The position numbers and the translations under genes are program-made. A model generated the notes under the pieces. That model ran no database searches, was not told the origin of the DNA, and saw nothing but the letters and a program-made list of their open reading frames with translations. A stretch of 53,457 nucleotides of DNA from a plasmid: sequence record NZ_CP011050.1. One strand, given 5' to 3'. Shown here in pieces: positions 18,150 through 28,578 of this stretch (its first letter is position 1; each line of letters opens with the position of its first letter).

Positions 18150-18981
18150 GATCTTCTGAAAGGGGATGGTCTTTTTGCTTACGGAGCCTGCCTGCAGCGA
18201 TTGCCTTCGCCTGATGGACTAGCCTAGACAGCAGCGTAAACGGGGCGCGAATACCCCTTATAAGCAGCATATGGGGCTGCAGGCGGGTGAGACGTGCGAT
18301 CTCCTCTCTGCTGACCTTAAGGGCATTGTCTTTGGCCTCAATCGTCAGCCTGTACCGGTCAATGGCCTGAGTCAGTGTATGCACGCCCTTTTGCAGCAGA
18401 ACGACATCCGGCTTCGCACCACGGCCTGCCGGCAGTTGCAGTTCGTTCACGCTCAGGGGAAGCGACGTCCTGCTGCCGGGCGCAAAGCGGAAACCCAGAC
18501 CGTGCCAGAAGTGGTCACGCCGGGCGTGGTTTTCCACATCCTTCTCATCGACGGGTGCCGTCCTGATCGGTTTTACAGGCGTACCCGGTGGCAGGACTTT
18601 TGCCCAGCTGACCAGCTGCTGCATAACCCACGATCCGAGCCCGCGCCCCCGCAGTTCGAATGGCAGCATAAAGTCACTGTTGGTCAGGTTCAGCTCGGTG
18701 GTGTTGTCATAGGGATTGATGGTGTAACGCGCCAGAAAAGATTTTTCCTGATGCCAGCCACCTCCCCGCCAGTAGAGTTTCAGCTCACAGTCACAGTGCA
18801 CCAGGCGTCGGGGGCAGCGGTCATCCATGCCCGAGGGAAAATAGACGTCCTTTACGGTTCGGATAGCCACAAGAGTTAGGGGCCGGAACTGGTGCGTTCC
18901 GTCCTGCTTTGCCGGCAGGGTGATCAGCCAGGCATTTTCGTCTGCGCGGTATCGTGGTGTCGCGGAGGGCGAATCAATCAT
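18139..18981 (-). CDS. hypothetical protein (280 aa), possibly GNAT-like fold; translationally coupled to the recombinase
   Basis: 11-nt overlap with the downstream recombinase; RGRGLGSWVMQQLVSWA resembles a GNAT acetyl-CoA motif (weak). Confidence 0.45.
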   Translation of the reverse strand: MIDSPSATPRYRADENAWLITLPAKQDGTHQFRPLTLVAIRTVKDVYFPSGMDDRCPRRLVHCDCELKLYWRGGGWHQEKSFLARYTINPYDNTTELNLTNSDFMLPFELRGRGLGSWVMQQLVSWAKVLPPGTPVKPIRTAPVDEKDVENHARRDHFWHGLGFRFAPGSRTSLPLSVNELQLPAGRGAKPDVVLLQKGVHTLTQAIDRYRLTIEAKDNALKVSREEIARLTRLQPHMLLIRGIRAPFTLLSRLVHQAKAIAAGRLRKQKDHPLSEDHEG

Positions 18982-19068
18982 GATCAGGTATAATCCCGAT
19001 GGTTACTGAAGGCAGATATTTCCGGAATTAAAGCCGCCAGCCGCCAGCCGGAATGCGGCGGCACTGGA

Positions 19069-19260
19069 TTAAATCTTAATGGGCCTGCCATGGAGACGTT
19101 CCTGAGATTGTTTATCTTCTGCGGCGCGCTTTTCATTAAGAACCTTGTCGGCGGCCGCGTTGACTTCTCTTTTACGGGCCAGGGTATGGATCTGCCAGTT
19201 CGCAATTATGGCAACGGTGCCGCCAAGCACACCGCCCACCAATGAGGAGAGCAGGGGCAT
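19069..19260 (-). CDS. small membrane protein (63 aa; N-terminal TM, charged C-terminus)
   Basis: AGGGGA RBS; LLSSLVGGVLGGTVAIIANW TM segment. Confidence 0.45.
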   Translation of the reverse strand: MPLLSSLVGGVLGGTVAIIANWQIHTLARKREVNAAADKVLNEKRAAEDKQSQERLHGRPIKI

Positions 19261-19385
19261 CCATAGGGTAATCCCCTGAACGGTTGTGTTTGCTGTTTCT
19301 GCCGTACCTTATACATCCACCATGATTATGCTCCTTATCTTTCAGCCTGGCCCTGGAACATTAATTACTGTGCTGAACGGGCGCT

Positions 19386-19766
19386 TCAGAGGCGTTTCTT
19401 CTCGCTCTTTTTTATCGCAGTATTTTTAAGCTCTTTATCGAGGAAGGCCTTTTCCTGCCGGGCTCTTTGCTGGGCAATTGCACACATAAGACGATCGAGG
19501 CGTTCTTTAACCGGCTGATTAGCGAATGTCCCGCTGAGCGTCTTCGGCGGGGGGCCTCCCGGCTTTTGCCTGGCCTGGGGATTTTCATGTAGCTGCCCTT
19601 TCGAATTCACTCCGGCAAGCACGATACTGTCCCCGTTAACCACCACGCGATGAGATGCTCCTGTTTCTTTATCGGGGATATCGACGATCCAGACTTCGTC
19701 GGTATCGTAGTTCCCAGCAATCATCTCTCTAATCAGGACAACCGTCTCGTCCGTCAGTAAATTCAT
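19386..19766 (-). CDS. hypothetical protein (126 aa from MNLLTDE; the listed ORF extends to 20114 without support)
   Basis: Start chosen at an internal ATG; upstream extension is low-complexity and overlaps a plus-strand terminator-like hairpin. Confidence 0.4.
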   Translation of the reverse strand: MNLLTDETVVLIREMIAGNYDTDEVWIVDIPDKETGASHRVVVNGDSIVLAGVNSKGQLHENPQARQKPGGPPPKTLSGTFANQPVKERLDRLMCAIAQQRARQEKAFLDKELKNTAIKKSEKKRL

Positions 19767-20561
19767 ATTGTCCAACCAACCATGATGTTTACTATATAAA
19801 AGCAAATAGTAATCCAAGTTAATATAACATAGATAAATTACCGGACGGCCGTTCTTGTATGATCCGATTTTTTCCGTATTTACGCTTTTCCGGAAGTGTA
19901 CCACGTTCATTATCTTAACGCTGCGGCGGTATCTGCGGCTGCGCGCCGCGTCACGGAACGGGGGATAACACAACATATGGATTAAAAGGCAGCTGACGGA
20001 GAGGCATATCTTGTGTTTCCGGGCGTCTGCCCGGTGGGGCGGTGTGCGCAGATCCGCCTCTGCCTTTTTTCGGATCCCGGATGACAAAACGCATGATATT
20101 TCCTGTAAATGCAATTATTCATAACATTTATATTCATATATGTTAAAAGTGCGAAATTAGCATCAGTTGTTGGTTATTATTAAGATTTCAGCAACAAACC
20201 GTATCCCACCCGCTTCGTTAAAAAAACCGAAGGTCATCAGAAGCGCTCACTGATCGTTCCGGGCTGAGACGGTGGCAGCGTCACGGGTAATGTCTCTATT
20301 TTATTGGTCGTGAGGAAGGCCGGATAATGGCCAAACTAAGAAGCCATAGCATTGGGGGCAGCCTGCTGATCTGGTATGATCGAGCAGAGGCTCATCTCAA
20401 TGAGCAATCCCCGCAACAAATTTTTTCGGGGTGCAACAGACCCTTTAGTGCCCAGGCCTGAAAAAAAAGAAAGCACGGTCTCTGAGAGACTACGGTCCTT
20501 ACGCAACCATACCGGTTAGCGAGCTTTATATTTTCATTATGACTATCTGTATAACAGGGGA

Positions 20562-21476
20562 ATGAATGTGATTAAAAAAATATGCGAAGTGATTGATGGA
20601 GAGTATGTCTGTGACATTGATATCAGTGTGGAAGAATGGAAAACTTTATTAACAAATGATAAAGTTTTTGACACAAAAAGTATTGCAGCGTTAAAAAAAT
20701 GGTTTATTGAGCCAAATCATTCCTGCACATGCTTCGATATTGGTAAGAAGTACGACCTGCACAGCATGAGTGCTAATGGAGTCATAAACGGACTGGGTGG
20801 CAGAGTTCAAAAAGAACTTGGTAGATTCGAGGTTAAAGGTGTCGGAAATATCGCATCCGGTACAAAATTCATTACCGTAATGAAGAGTAAAGAAATCGGC
20901 GGAAAACCCAAAAGAAACTTATGGACAATTCGTGAGGAACTTGTTCAGGCAATTAACGAACTGGATTTTTTTGGTACAACAGAAATGGCCAGCAGTGAGT
21001 ATTACTCTGACGATGAGTTGATCAATGCCATAGAGAAAAGCAATATCTTTGACAACGTTCAGACGTTTGAATATACAGGGGAAGCCAAACCAAAGAAAAA
21101 TGCAATAGAAGTAAAAAATGGCCTCTCGTATCCCAGGAGTAAAGGCGTATCCCAAAATGCGCTGAATAAAGCAGGTTACAGATGTGAAGTCGATAGTGAC
21201 CACCCAACATTCAGAAGGCGAAATTCATCCTTAAATTACACAGAACCTCATCACATTGTACCTATGTCCAGGCAAGATGCTTTTGACACATCTCTTGATG
21301 TTGAAGAAAATATCATATCTCTGTGTTGCAATTGCCATAAACAAATTCACCTTGGTCAGGGTTATGAAGATATGCTGAAAGAAATATACACTGCGCGAAA
21401 AAGGTTATTAAAAAAAGTTGGTATTGATATATCACTGGAAAACTTGATTCTTTATTACAAAATGGAAAGTAAGTGA
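20562..21476 (+). CDS. HNH endonuclease with ~230-aa N-terminal domain (McrA-like architecture; putative type IV restriction/defence nuclease)
   Basis: C-terminal C..C....HHIVPMS....ENIISLCCNCHKQIH is an HNH motif with zinc ligands; strongly AT-rich versus flanks; ACAGGGG RBS. Confidence 0.65.
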   Translation: MNVIKKICEVIDGEYVCDIDISVEEWKTLLTNDKVFDTKSIAALKKWFIEPNHSCTCFDIGKKYDLHSMSANGVINGLGGRVQKELGRFEVKGVGNIASGTKFITVMKSKEIGGKPKRNLWTIREELVQAINELDFFGTTEMASSEYYSDDELINAIEKSNIFDNVQTFEYTGEAKPKKNAIEVKNGLSYPRSKGVSQNALNKAGYRCEVDSDHPTFRRRNSSLNYTEPHHIVPMSRQDAFDTSLDVEENIISLCCNCHKQIHLGQGYEDMLKEIYTARKRLLKKVGIDISLENLILYYKMESK

Positions 21477-21785
21477 GATTCAAACGAGAGTGATACCTTC
21501 GTTTTATTGGTCGGGATGAACAGCAGATGATGTTTCCGGCAAGTATCGGGTCCAGAAACTTTCTGTTAAAAAAGAGGTAAAAGTAGTCTTGAGCCCTGAC
21601 TGCGAATTGCCATTGCGCATGACCAGAGAACAGGACGAACCCCTGCCAAACCCAGGCATGAGAAACACCTTTAAAACATAGACTTAATTAAAATCAGCAA
21701 TTCCCATCGAAATAATAAGCAAGCAGAATTGGCTCAGGTGAATTTCACTCGGTGCAGTGCATGCGTTGGGGGGGGTAAAAGGAAA

Positions 21786-21806
21786 AACCCGAAATGAATC
21801 GGGTTT
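21786..21806. terminator. bidirectional terminator hairpin AACCCGAAATGAATCGGGTT with flanking T/A runs
   Basis: Stem-loop with T-run on both strands between the HNH gene and the DUF305 gene. Confidence 0.45.
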
Positions 21807-21883
21807 TGATTAATTAACGATTAACAGGTTCCCGTGCCCGGGAACACTCTGACTGTACGCGCAATATATTATTTCCGCAATCA

Positions 21884-22234
21884 TTATTTTTGATTACCAA
21901 GCCATTTATTCATCTGCTCAATTTCACCTTTTTGAGCTTTAATGATGTCCTGCGCGAGCTTTCTCATTTCCGGATCTTTTCCGTATTTTAGCTCGGTCTC
22001 AGCCATTGCTATTGCCCCTTCATGGTGTGCTACCATGCCTTTCGCAAAAGCCTTGTCGGGATCGGACTCTTTTACAGCGGCCATCATTTTGTCATGCATA
22101 CCTTTCATGCCGGACATATATTCCTGTGACGATGCCGATGAGGATATATCTGACATTTTCATTTCTGAATGTTCTGCGGAAATCGCTGGCAGGGATAACA
22201 TCAGTATAACAAAAAGCGAATTTGTGATTTTCAT
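21884..22234 (-). CDS. DUF305-family periplasmic protein (copper-resistance associated)
   Basis: Signal peptide; paired-His motifs (GMVAHHEGAIAMA) as in DUF305. Confidence 0.6.
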   Translation of the reverse strand: MKITNSLFVILMLSLPAISAEHSEMKMSDISSSASSQEYMSGMKGMHDKMMAAVKESDPDKAFAKGMVAHHEGAIAMAETELKYGKDPEMRKLAQDIIKAQKGEIEQMNKWLGNQK

Positions 22235-22379
22235 ATAATAAACCCTTTCAGATGGTTACCGGATAAGTTTAGCTGAGTCAGACAAAAAAGCCCCCTGAAG
22301 GGGGCAAAAAATAACAACATATCCGTATAAGGGACAATCTATCAAGGAAAGGGTAACCGCACGGAAACTTCAGTTGTCA

Positions 22380-22811
22380 TCAGCCCGCATTGATCATGCG
22401 GCGGTGTGCATCAGCCATAGCCTGATGGGGGCCGGACTGACCGTTATTCGTAAATTCATGGGCAACAGCTGCTCTTTCATGTTCATTCATCGCCGCAAAC
22501 GAAGTCGCCGGACGGGAAGCGTTAACGGTGCCAGCTCCCATCATCTTCTGATGACTTTCCGCCATTTTTTTATGTGCATCTGCTGAACCATTGTTCATGG
22601 TTTCATGAACAATAATAGCCTGTTCATGCTGATCCATACCGGCCATCCGTGGAGCTGCCCCCTGGATGGCGGCTGGAGTTGAAGAAGACTGCATCTGATG
22701 GGCCGGAGCCTGAGCATTATTGACACGCTCATGGATATTTACAGTTTCAGTGGCCCAGGCCGTAGAAATTAAGCTCAAACCTAACACTGATGCTAAGACG
22801 ATATTTTTCAT
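22380..22811 (-). CDS. silE: SilE periplasmic silver-binding protein
   Basis: MKNIVLASVLGLSLISTAWATETVNIHERVNNAQAPAHQMQ... near-identical to SilE; repeated HExxM/HQxM motifs. Confidence 0.9.
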   Translation of the reverse strand: MKNIVLASVLGLSLISTAWATETVNIHERVNNAQAPAHQMQSSSTPAAIQGAAPRMAGMDQHEQAIIVHETMNNGSADAHKKMAESHQKMMGAGTVNASRPATSFAAMNEHERAAVAHEFTNNGQSGPHQAMADAHRRMINAG

Positions 22812-23031
22812 GGTAACTCTCCATTTCTGAATTAGTGATGTCCGTGAATTTCGATCTGTGTCCTCAGTAGTACAACTGACAACTCTACAGACCTTATTCC
22901 GCCGGGATGAGGCTTTAATACAACTCCTGGCTTGTGCTGATGCCGTGTATGGATGAAGTAATAATGCCTTCCTGATAAGTTGCACTAATTATATCGAATG
23001 GCTTCTGTTTGCTGCATGACAGGCTAATGAC

Positions 23032-23049
23032 ATCTTTGTCATTTAAATC
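23032..23049. promoter_or_regulatory. SilR/CusR box (AATGACATCTTTGTCATT) upstream of silE
   Basis: Palindrome matching the CusR box (AAAATGACAAnnTTGTCATTTT) ~220 bp upstream of silE. Confidence 0.55.
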
Positions 23050-23056
23050 TTTATTC

Positions 23057-24532
23057 TCAGTACTGGGTTTCCGGAATCATTTTCTCCAGTCTGGGCACGG
23101 ATAGGATAAAACGAGTTGAACGTACGTCCGATTCCACCTGCACTCTTCCGTGATGTGCTTCCACGATGGACTTCACAATCGCAAGGCCGATGCCGCTGCC
23201 TTCTCCTTTTCGTTGTCTGGACGGATCTACCCGATAAAAACGGTCAAACAGCCTTGATAAATGCTCTTCAGGGATTGGTTTCCCCGGATTTTCAATCACA
23301 AGGTCAAAAAAGCTCTCCTGCTCTCTTATTGAGACGGTGATTGCCTGTCCCTCCGGGGTATAACGCAGGGCATTGGATAACAGATTATTGATCGCCCTTC
23401 TGAACATTTGTGGATCTCCCTCAACCAGGCAGGGCATCCCGTTAAATTTGAGCGTGATATTGCGTTCTTCGGCCCAGGCTTCGAAAAACTCGAAGACTTT
23501 CATGACTTCCGCTCTGAGGTCAAACATGACCCTGTCAGGTATCAGCTGATTATTATCTGCCTGTGCCAGGAACAGCATATCGCTGACCATTTTGGTCATC
23601 CGGTTATACTCTTCAAGACTGGAATAGAGGACATCCTCAAGTTCCCTCTGTGTTCGATCCTGACTCAGTGCGATTTCAGTCTGCGTCACCAGATTGGTGA
23701 TGGGCGTTCTGATCTCATGCGCGATATCGGCAGAGAAATTGGCCTGGCGGGTAAAGACATCCTCAATCTTTCCAATCATATGATTGAACGAGATAACCAG
23801 TTGCTCCAGCTCAATGGGAACGCGTGTCGGTTCCAGTCGCGCATCAAGATTCTCGGAGGTGATGTTTTTAATGGCATTGCTGACATTACGAAGGGGCAGG
23901 TGCCCCTGACGGACAGCGATTCGAATGATCAGAACAATCAACAGGCTTATCACGACGGCAATCGCAATCAGGTTCTTTTTCAGCGCATCGAGGTAATGGA
24001 GATGGAAATTAATGGATAGGCCAGTCAGCATGACATAGTTCTGCTGTTTGCCCTGAAATATCGCCTGACCAGAGGAGGCGATAATCCTGTATGTTTCCAT
24101 CTTCATTTCGGACCCGGTATCCATCGGTCCCGCAGGATCCTCCACCGTCCAGAGAAAGACATCCCGTGCGCGGCTGTGCTCGCTAAAATCTGCTGAATTC
24201 ACTGCCGGGCGTAGTGCCGCCCCCTGAGCTGAGCTAAAGAGCACTTCACCCCTGGGATTGAGGAGCAAAAGGGCAACGTTGCGGTAGCTGGCAATTGATT
24301 CCTTTATTTTGCTTATTTTTTTATCATCCGGATCCACCGGGGACTGCAGTATACGGTTCAGTGTGGTGCTGATTTGTTGAAGATCGCTGACATCCTGCTC
24401 GGCAAAATGATTTTCAACAGAATGCAGCATAAACCAGGTGAAGGCGATAAAAGCCAGTATCGTGGACAGGCTGATAAAAAAGGTCAGCCGCAGAGCGAGT
24501 GAGAAAGGGCGTCTGGAAGGTTTGCTATGCAT
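23057..24532 (-). CDS. silS: SilS sensor histidine kinase
   Basis: 2-TM sensor, H-box HEIRTP, ATPase G-boxes; overlaps silR stop; sil context. Confidence 0.9.
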   Translation of the reverse strand: MHSKPSRRPFSLALRLTFFISLSTILAFIAFTWFMLHSVENHFAEQDVSDLQQISTTLNRILQSPVDPDDKKISKIKESIASYRNVALLLLNPRGEVLFSSAQGAALRPAVNSADFSEHSRARDVFLWTVEDPAGPMDTGSEMKMETYRIIASSGQAIFQGKQQNYVMLTGLSINFHLHYLDALKKNLIAIAVVISLLIVLIIRIAVRQGHLPLRNVSNAIKNITSENLDARLEPTRVPIELEQLVISFNHMIGKIEDVFTRQANFSADIAHEIRTPITNLVTQTEIALSQDRTQRELEDVLYSSLEEYNRMTKMVSDMLFLAQADNNQLIPDRVMFDLRAEVMKVFEFFEAWAEERNITLKFNGMPCLVEGDPQMFRRAINNLLSNALRYTPEGQAITVSIREQESFFDLVIENPGKPIPEEHLSRLFDRFYRVDPSRQRKGEGSGIGLAIVKSIVEAHHGRVQVESDVRSTRFILSVPRLEKMIPETQY

Positions 24533-25205
24533 CCGGGACCTCCAGCATGTAGCCCACGCCCCGGACTGTCTGGATCAGCTTTGTCTCGTAATCGTTGTCT
24601 ATTTTAGCGCGGAGTCGCTTTACTGCGACATCGATTGCATTAGTGTCGCTGTCAAAATTCATGTCCCAGACCTGAGAGGCAATCAGGGAGCGGGGAAGAA
24701 CCTCTCCCTGATGGCGAATGAAGAATTCCAGCAGGCTGAACTCTTTACTGGTGAGCACAATGCGGTTTCCGGCGCGACTGACTTTTCTGGATACGAGATC
24801 AATCGAGAGGTCAGCCACCTTAAACTGGCTTTCCGTGATCATCGTGTTTCCCCGCCTCAGAAGGGTTCTCACCCGGGCGAGCAGTTCGGCAAACGCAAAG
24901 GGTTTAACCAGATAATCGTCCGCACCCAGTTCCAGTCCTTTGACCCTATGTTCGATCGTGCCGAGGGCTGTCAGCAGTAAGACCGGCATACCCTTTCCGG
25001 CAGTGCGCAGCATGCGGATGATATCCCAGCCGTTCACATCAGGTAGCATGATATCCAGAATGACTAAATCATACTCGGCTGTCATGGCGAGATGATATCC
25101 GGTAAGACCATTATCAGCGTGATCCACTACGAACCCTGCCTCTGTAAGCCCTTTGCTGAGATATTCACCTGTTTTAATTTCGTCTTCGACGATCAATATT
25201 TTCAT
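24525..25205 (-). CDS. silR: SilR OmpR-family response regulator
   Basis: MKILIVEDE...receiver plus winged-helix domain; 8-nt overlap with silS. Confidence 0.9.
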   Translation of the reverse strand: MKILIVEDEIKTGEYLSKGLTEAGFVVDHADNGLTGYHLAMTAEYDLVILDIMLPDVNGWDIIRMLRTAGKGMPVLLLTALGTIEHRVKGLELGADDYLVKPFAFAELLARVRTLLRRGNTMITESQFKVADLSIDLVSRKVSRAGNRIVLTSKEFSLLEFFIRHQGEVLPRSLIASQVWDMNFDSDTNAIDVAVKRLRAKIDNDYETKLIQTVRGVGYMLEVPDA

Positions 25206-25272
25206 CTTGCTCCCCGGCTGGCTGCTAATGTCATTCTATTGCGCCCACGATCGTTATCAACGGATTACAGCA

Positions 25273-25292
25273 AAAATGACAACATTGTCATT
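25273..25292. promoter_or_regulatory. SilR/CusR box AAAATGACAACATTGTCATT in the silR-silC divergent promoter region
   Basis: Near-perfect CusR-box palindrome. Confidence 0.65.
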
Positions 25293-25394
25293 ATCCTGTC
25301 ACTCGGCAAACAGAGAGCGTTAGGTAAAGTACCCCTATCAATACTCTGGACTTCATTTGAACCATTTACCAGGTCTGCCTGGACGAGAAGCGTT

Positions 25395-26780
25395 ATGTTC
25401 AAATTAAAATTACTCAGCATTAGCACGATATTCATCCTGGCAGGCTGCGTGTCGCTTGCGCCTGAATATCAGCGGCCCGCAGCACCGGTACCCCAGCAGT
25501 TTTCACTGTCCCATAACAGCCTGACGCCAGCGGTAAATGGCTATCAGGATACGGGCTGGCGTAACTTTTTTGTCGATCCCCAGGTTACCCGGTTGATCGG
25601 TGAAGCTCTGACTAATAACCGTGATTTGAGAATGGCTGCCCTGAAGGTTGAAGAGGCCCGAGCCCAGTTCAACGTCACGGATGCAGATCGTTATCCCCAG
25701 CTGAATGCCTCATCCGGGATAACATACAGCGGTGGTCTGAAAGGTGACAAGCCGACCACACAGGAGTACGACGCGAGACTGGAGCTCAGCTATGAGCTCG
25801 ATTTTTTCGGCAAACTTAAGAACATGAGTGATGCTGACCGCCAGAACTACTTTGCCAGCGAAGAAGCCCGTCGGGCCGTACACATCCTGCTGGTCTCCAA
25901 CGTTTCACAGAGCTATTTCAGCCAGCAACTGGCGTACGAACAACTCCGTATTGCGCGGGAAACGCTGAAAAATTATGAACAGTCCTATGCTTTCGTTGAG
26001 CAACAGCTCGTGACCGGGAGTACGAACGTTCTGGCACTTGAACAGGCGAGAGGACAAATCGAAAGTACCCGCGCCGAAATAGCCAAACGAGAAGGCGATC
26101 TGGCTCAGGCAAACAATGCCCTGCAACTGGTGCTGGGAACGTACCGCGCACTTCCGTCAGAAAAAGGGATGAAAGGCGGGGAGATCGCACCAGTAAAATT
26201 GCCACCAAATCTATCTTCACAAATTTTGCTGCAGCGACCGGATATTATGGAAGCGGAATATCAGCTGAAAGCGGCTGATGCCAATATTGGCGCAGCGCGA
26301 GCGGCCTTTTTCCCCTCAATTACCCTGACCAGTGGTCTTTCCGCAAGCAGTACGGAGCTGTCAAGCCTGTTTACGTCAGGAAGTGGAATGTGGAATTTTA
26401 TCCCTAAAATTGAAATTCCTATTTTTAATGCTGGCAGGAATAAAGCCAATCTGAAGCTGGCTGAAATTCGCCAGCAACAATCGGTGGTTAATTACGAACA
26501 AAAAATTCAGTCAGCCTTTAAGGATGTTTCCGACACGCTTGCGCTGCGCGACAGCCTTAGCCAGCAACTTGAGTCACAGCAGCGTTATCTTGATTCACTT
26601 CAGATAACTCTCCAGCGTGCCAGAGGATTATATGCAAGTGGTGCTGTCAGTTACATCGAAGTGCTGGATGCAGAACGTTCCCTCTTCGCTACGCAGCAAA
26701 CCATTCTCGATCTTACCTATTCCCGACAGGTTAACGAAATTAATCTGTTTACCGCGCTGGGTGGCGGTTGGGTAGAGTAA
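25395..26780 (+). CDS. silC: SilC outer-membrane efflux protein (CusC-like)
   Basis: Lipoprotein signal LAGC; OEP family; start reset to ATG 25395. Confidence 0.9.
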   Translation: MFKLKLLSISTIFILAGCVSLAPEYQRPAAPVPQQFSLSHNSLTPAVNGYQDTGWRNFFVDPQVTRLIGEALTNNRDLRMAALKVEEARAQFNVTDADRYPQLNASSGITYSGGLKGDKPTTQEYDARLELSYELDFFGKLKNMSDADRQNYFASEEARRAVHILLVSNVSQSYFSQQLAYEQLRIARETLKNYEQSYAFVEQQLVTGSTNVLALEQARGQIESTRAEIAKREGDLAQANNALQLVLGTYRALPSEKGMKGGEIAPVKLPPNLSSQILLQRPDIMEAEYQLKAADANIGAARAAFFPSITLTSGLSASSTELSSLFTSGSGMWNFIPKIEIPIFNAGRNKANLKLAEIRQQQSVVNYEQKIQSAFKDVSDTLALRDSLSQQLESQQRYLDSLQITLQRARGLYASGAVSYIEVLDAERSLFATQQTILDLTYSRQVNEINLFTALGGGWVE

Positions 26781-26808
26781 ATTTATTTAATTAATCAGGA
26801 AATTAAAA

Positions 26809-27162
26809 ATGCGTAATTCACTTAAAGCCGTTTTATTTGGTGCCTTCTCTGTCATGTTTTCTGCCGGTCTTCATGCTGAAACACATCAGCATGGCGATAT
26901 GAATGCTGCCAGTGATGCTTCGGTACAGCAGGTTATCAAGGGCACCGGTGTCGTTAAAGACATTGATATGAATAGTAAAAAGATTACCATTTCGCACGAA
27001 GCAATCCCTGCTGTGGGCTGGCCTGCAATGACCATGCGCTTCACTTTTGTTAATGCAGACGACGCTATCAATGCCCTGAAAACCGGCAACCATGTCGATT
27101 TCTCGTTTATTCAGCAGGGCAATATCTCCTTACTCAAAAGCATTAACGTTACGCAATCCTGA
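26809..27162 (+). CDS. silF: SilF periplasmic metallochaperone (CusF-like)
   Basis: 117 aa, signal peptide, ...MTMRF... Met/His metal site. Confidence 0.9.
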   Translation: MRNSLKAVLFGAFSVMFSAGLHAETHQHGDMNAASDASVQQVIKGTGVVKDIDMNSKKITISHEAIPAVGWPAMTMRFTFVNADDAINALKTGNHVDFSFIQQGNISLLKSINVTQS

Positions 27163-27275
27163 TTATCAGTCCGGAGCGAATACATCCAGTGCGCCTGAAC
27201 ATTCATTAAGGGATTACTGTGAATGAATGATCGGGCGCATATGCCAGGTGTTTTGATTTTTCAGCGAGAAATTGT

Positions 27276-28568
27276 ATGGCTTCTTTAAAGATAAAATATG
27301 CTGCAATAATTATCAGCAGCCTCATAGCAGGAGGGCTGATATCGGTTACTGCCTGGCAGTATGTAAACTCATCACAAAAAACAGTACAAACCGAACAAAA
27401 GGCACCGGAGCGAAAGGTACTTTTCTGGTATGACCCGATGAAACCGGATACCAAATTTGATAAACCCGGAAAATCTCCCTTTATGGATATGGACCTGGTG
27501 CCAAAATATGCTGATGAAAGCGGCGATAAAAGCAGTGGCGGGATCCGTATCGATCCAACGCAGGTTCAGAATCTGGGATTAAAAACGCAAAAAGTCACGC
27601 GAGGAATGCTGAATTATTCTCAGACAATCCCGGCTAATGTCAGTTACAACGAGTATCAGTTTGTCATTGTGCAGGCGCGCTCTGACGGTTTCGTCGAAAA
27701 AGTGTATCCCCTGACGATTGGCGATCATGTGAAGAAAGGCACTCCGCTTATCGATATCACCATTCCTGAATGGGTTGAGGCACAAAGTGAGTTCCTGCTG
27801 TTATCCGGTACAGGCGGTACGTCAACCCAGATAAAAGGGGTTCTGGAGCGACTTCGTCTAGCTGGTATGCCGGAAGAGGATATTCAAAGGCTGCGTTCAA
27901 CCCGCACAATCCAGACCCGTTTTACCATTAAAGCACCTATTGATGGTGTCATTACTGCGTTTGACCTGCGCACCGGAATGAATATTTCGAAAGATAAAGT
28001 AGTGGCTCAGATTCAGGGGATGGACCCGGTCTGGATCAGCGCTGCAGTGCCAGAATCTATCGCATATCTGCTGAAAGATACGTCGCAGTTTGAAATTTCG
28101 GTACCGGCTTATCCGGATAAAACATTCCATGTCGAAAAATGGAACATTCTTCCCAGCGTGGATCAGACAACCCGTACGCTTCAGGTCCGTCTCCAGGTTT
28201 CTAATAAGGATGAGTTTCTCAAGCCGGGCATGAATGCCTATCTGAAACTGAATACCAAGAGCCAGGAGATGCTGCTGATACCAAGCCAGGCCGTTATCGA
28301 TACCGGCAAAGAACAGCGCGTGATTACTGTTGATGATGAAGGCAAGTTTGTGCCGAAACAGATCCACGTTCTGCATGAATCACAGCAACAGTCCGGCATT
28401 GGCTCCGGCCTGAATGAAGGCGATACCGTGGTGGTCAGTGGCCTGTTCCTCATTGACTCCGAAGCCAATATTACGGGCGCGCTGGAACGTATGCGCCACC
28501 CTGAAAAAACAGAAAACAGTATGCCAGCAATGTCTGAGCAGCCTGTAAATATGCATTCAGGGCACTGA
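27276..28568 (+). CDS. silB: SilB membrane fusion protein (CusB-like)
   Basis: 430 aa HlyD/RND-MFP family in sil operon. Confidence 0.9.
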   Translation: MASLKIKYAAIIISSLIAGGLISVTAWQYVNSSQKTVQTEQKAPERKVLFWYDPMKPDTKFDKPGKSPFMDMDLVPKYADESGDKSSGGIRIDPTQVQNLGLKTQKVTRGMLNYSQTIPANVSYNEYQFVIVQARSDGFVEKVYPLTIGDHVKKGTPLIDITIPEWVEAQSEFLLLSGTGGTSTQIKGVLERLRLAGMPEEDIQRLRSTRTIQTRFTIKAPIDGVITAFDLRTGMNISKDKVVAQIQGMDPVWISAAVPESIAYLLKDTSQFEISVPAYPDKTFHVEKWNILPSVDQTTRTLQVRLQVSNKDEFLKPGMNAYLKLNTKSQEMLLIPSQAVIDTGKEQRVITVDDEGKFVPKQIHVLHESQQQSGIGSGLNEGDTVVVSGLFLIDSEANITGALERMRHPEKTENSMPAMSEQPVNMHSGH

Positions 28569-28578
28569 GGAGACGACG

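Noticed and set aside
19386-20114. Full 242-aa extent of the listed ORF
   Set aside because: The N-terminal 116 codons are low-complexity and run through a terminator-like hairpin; internal ATG 19766 gives a compact 126-aa protein, though the RBS is weak
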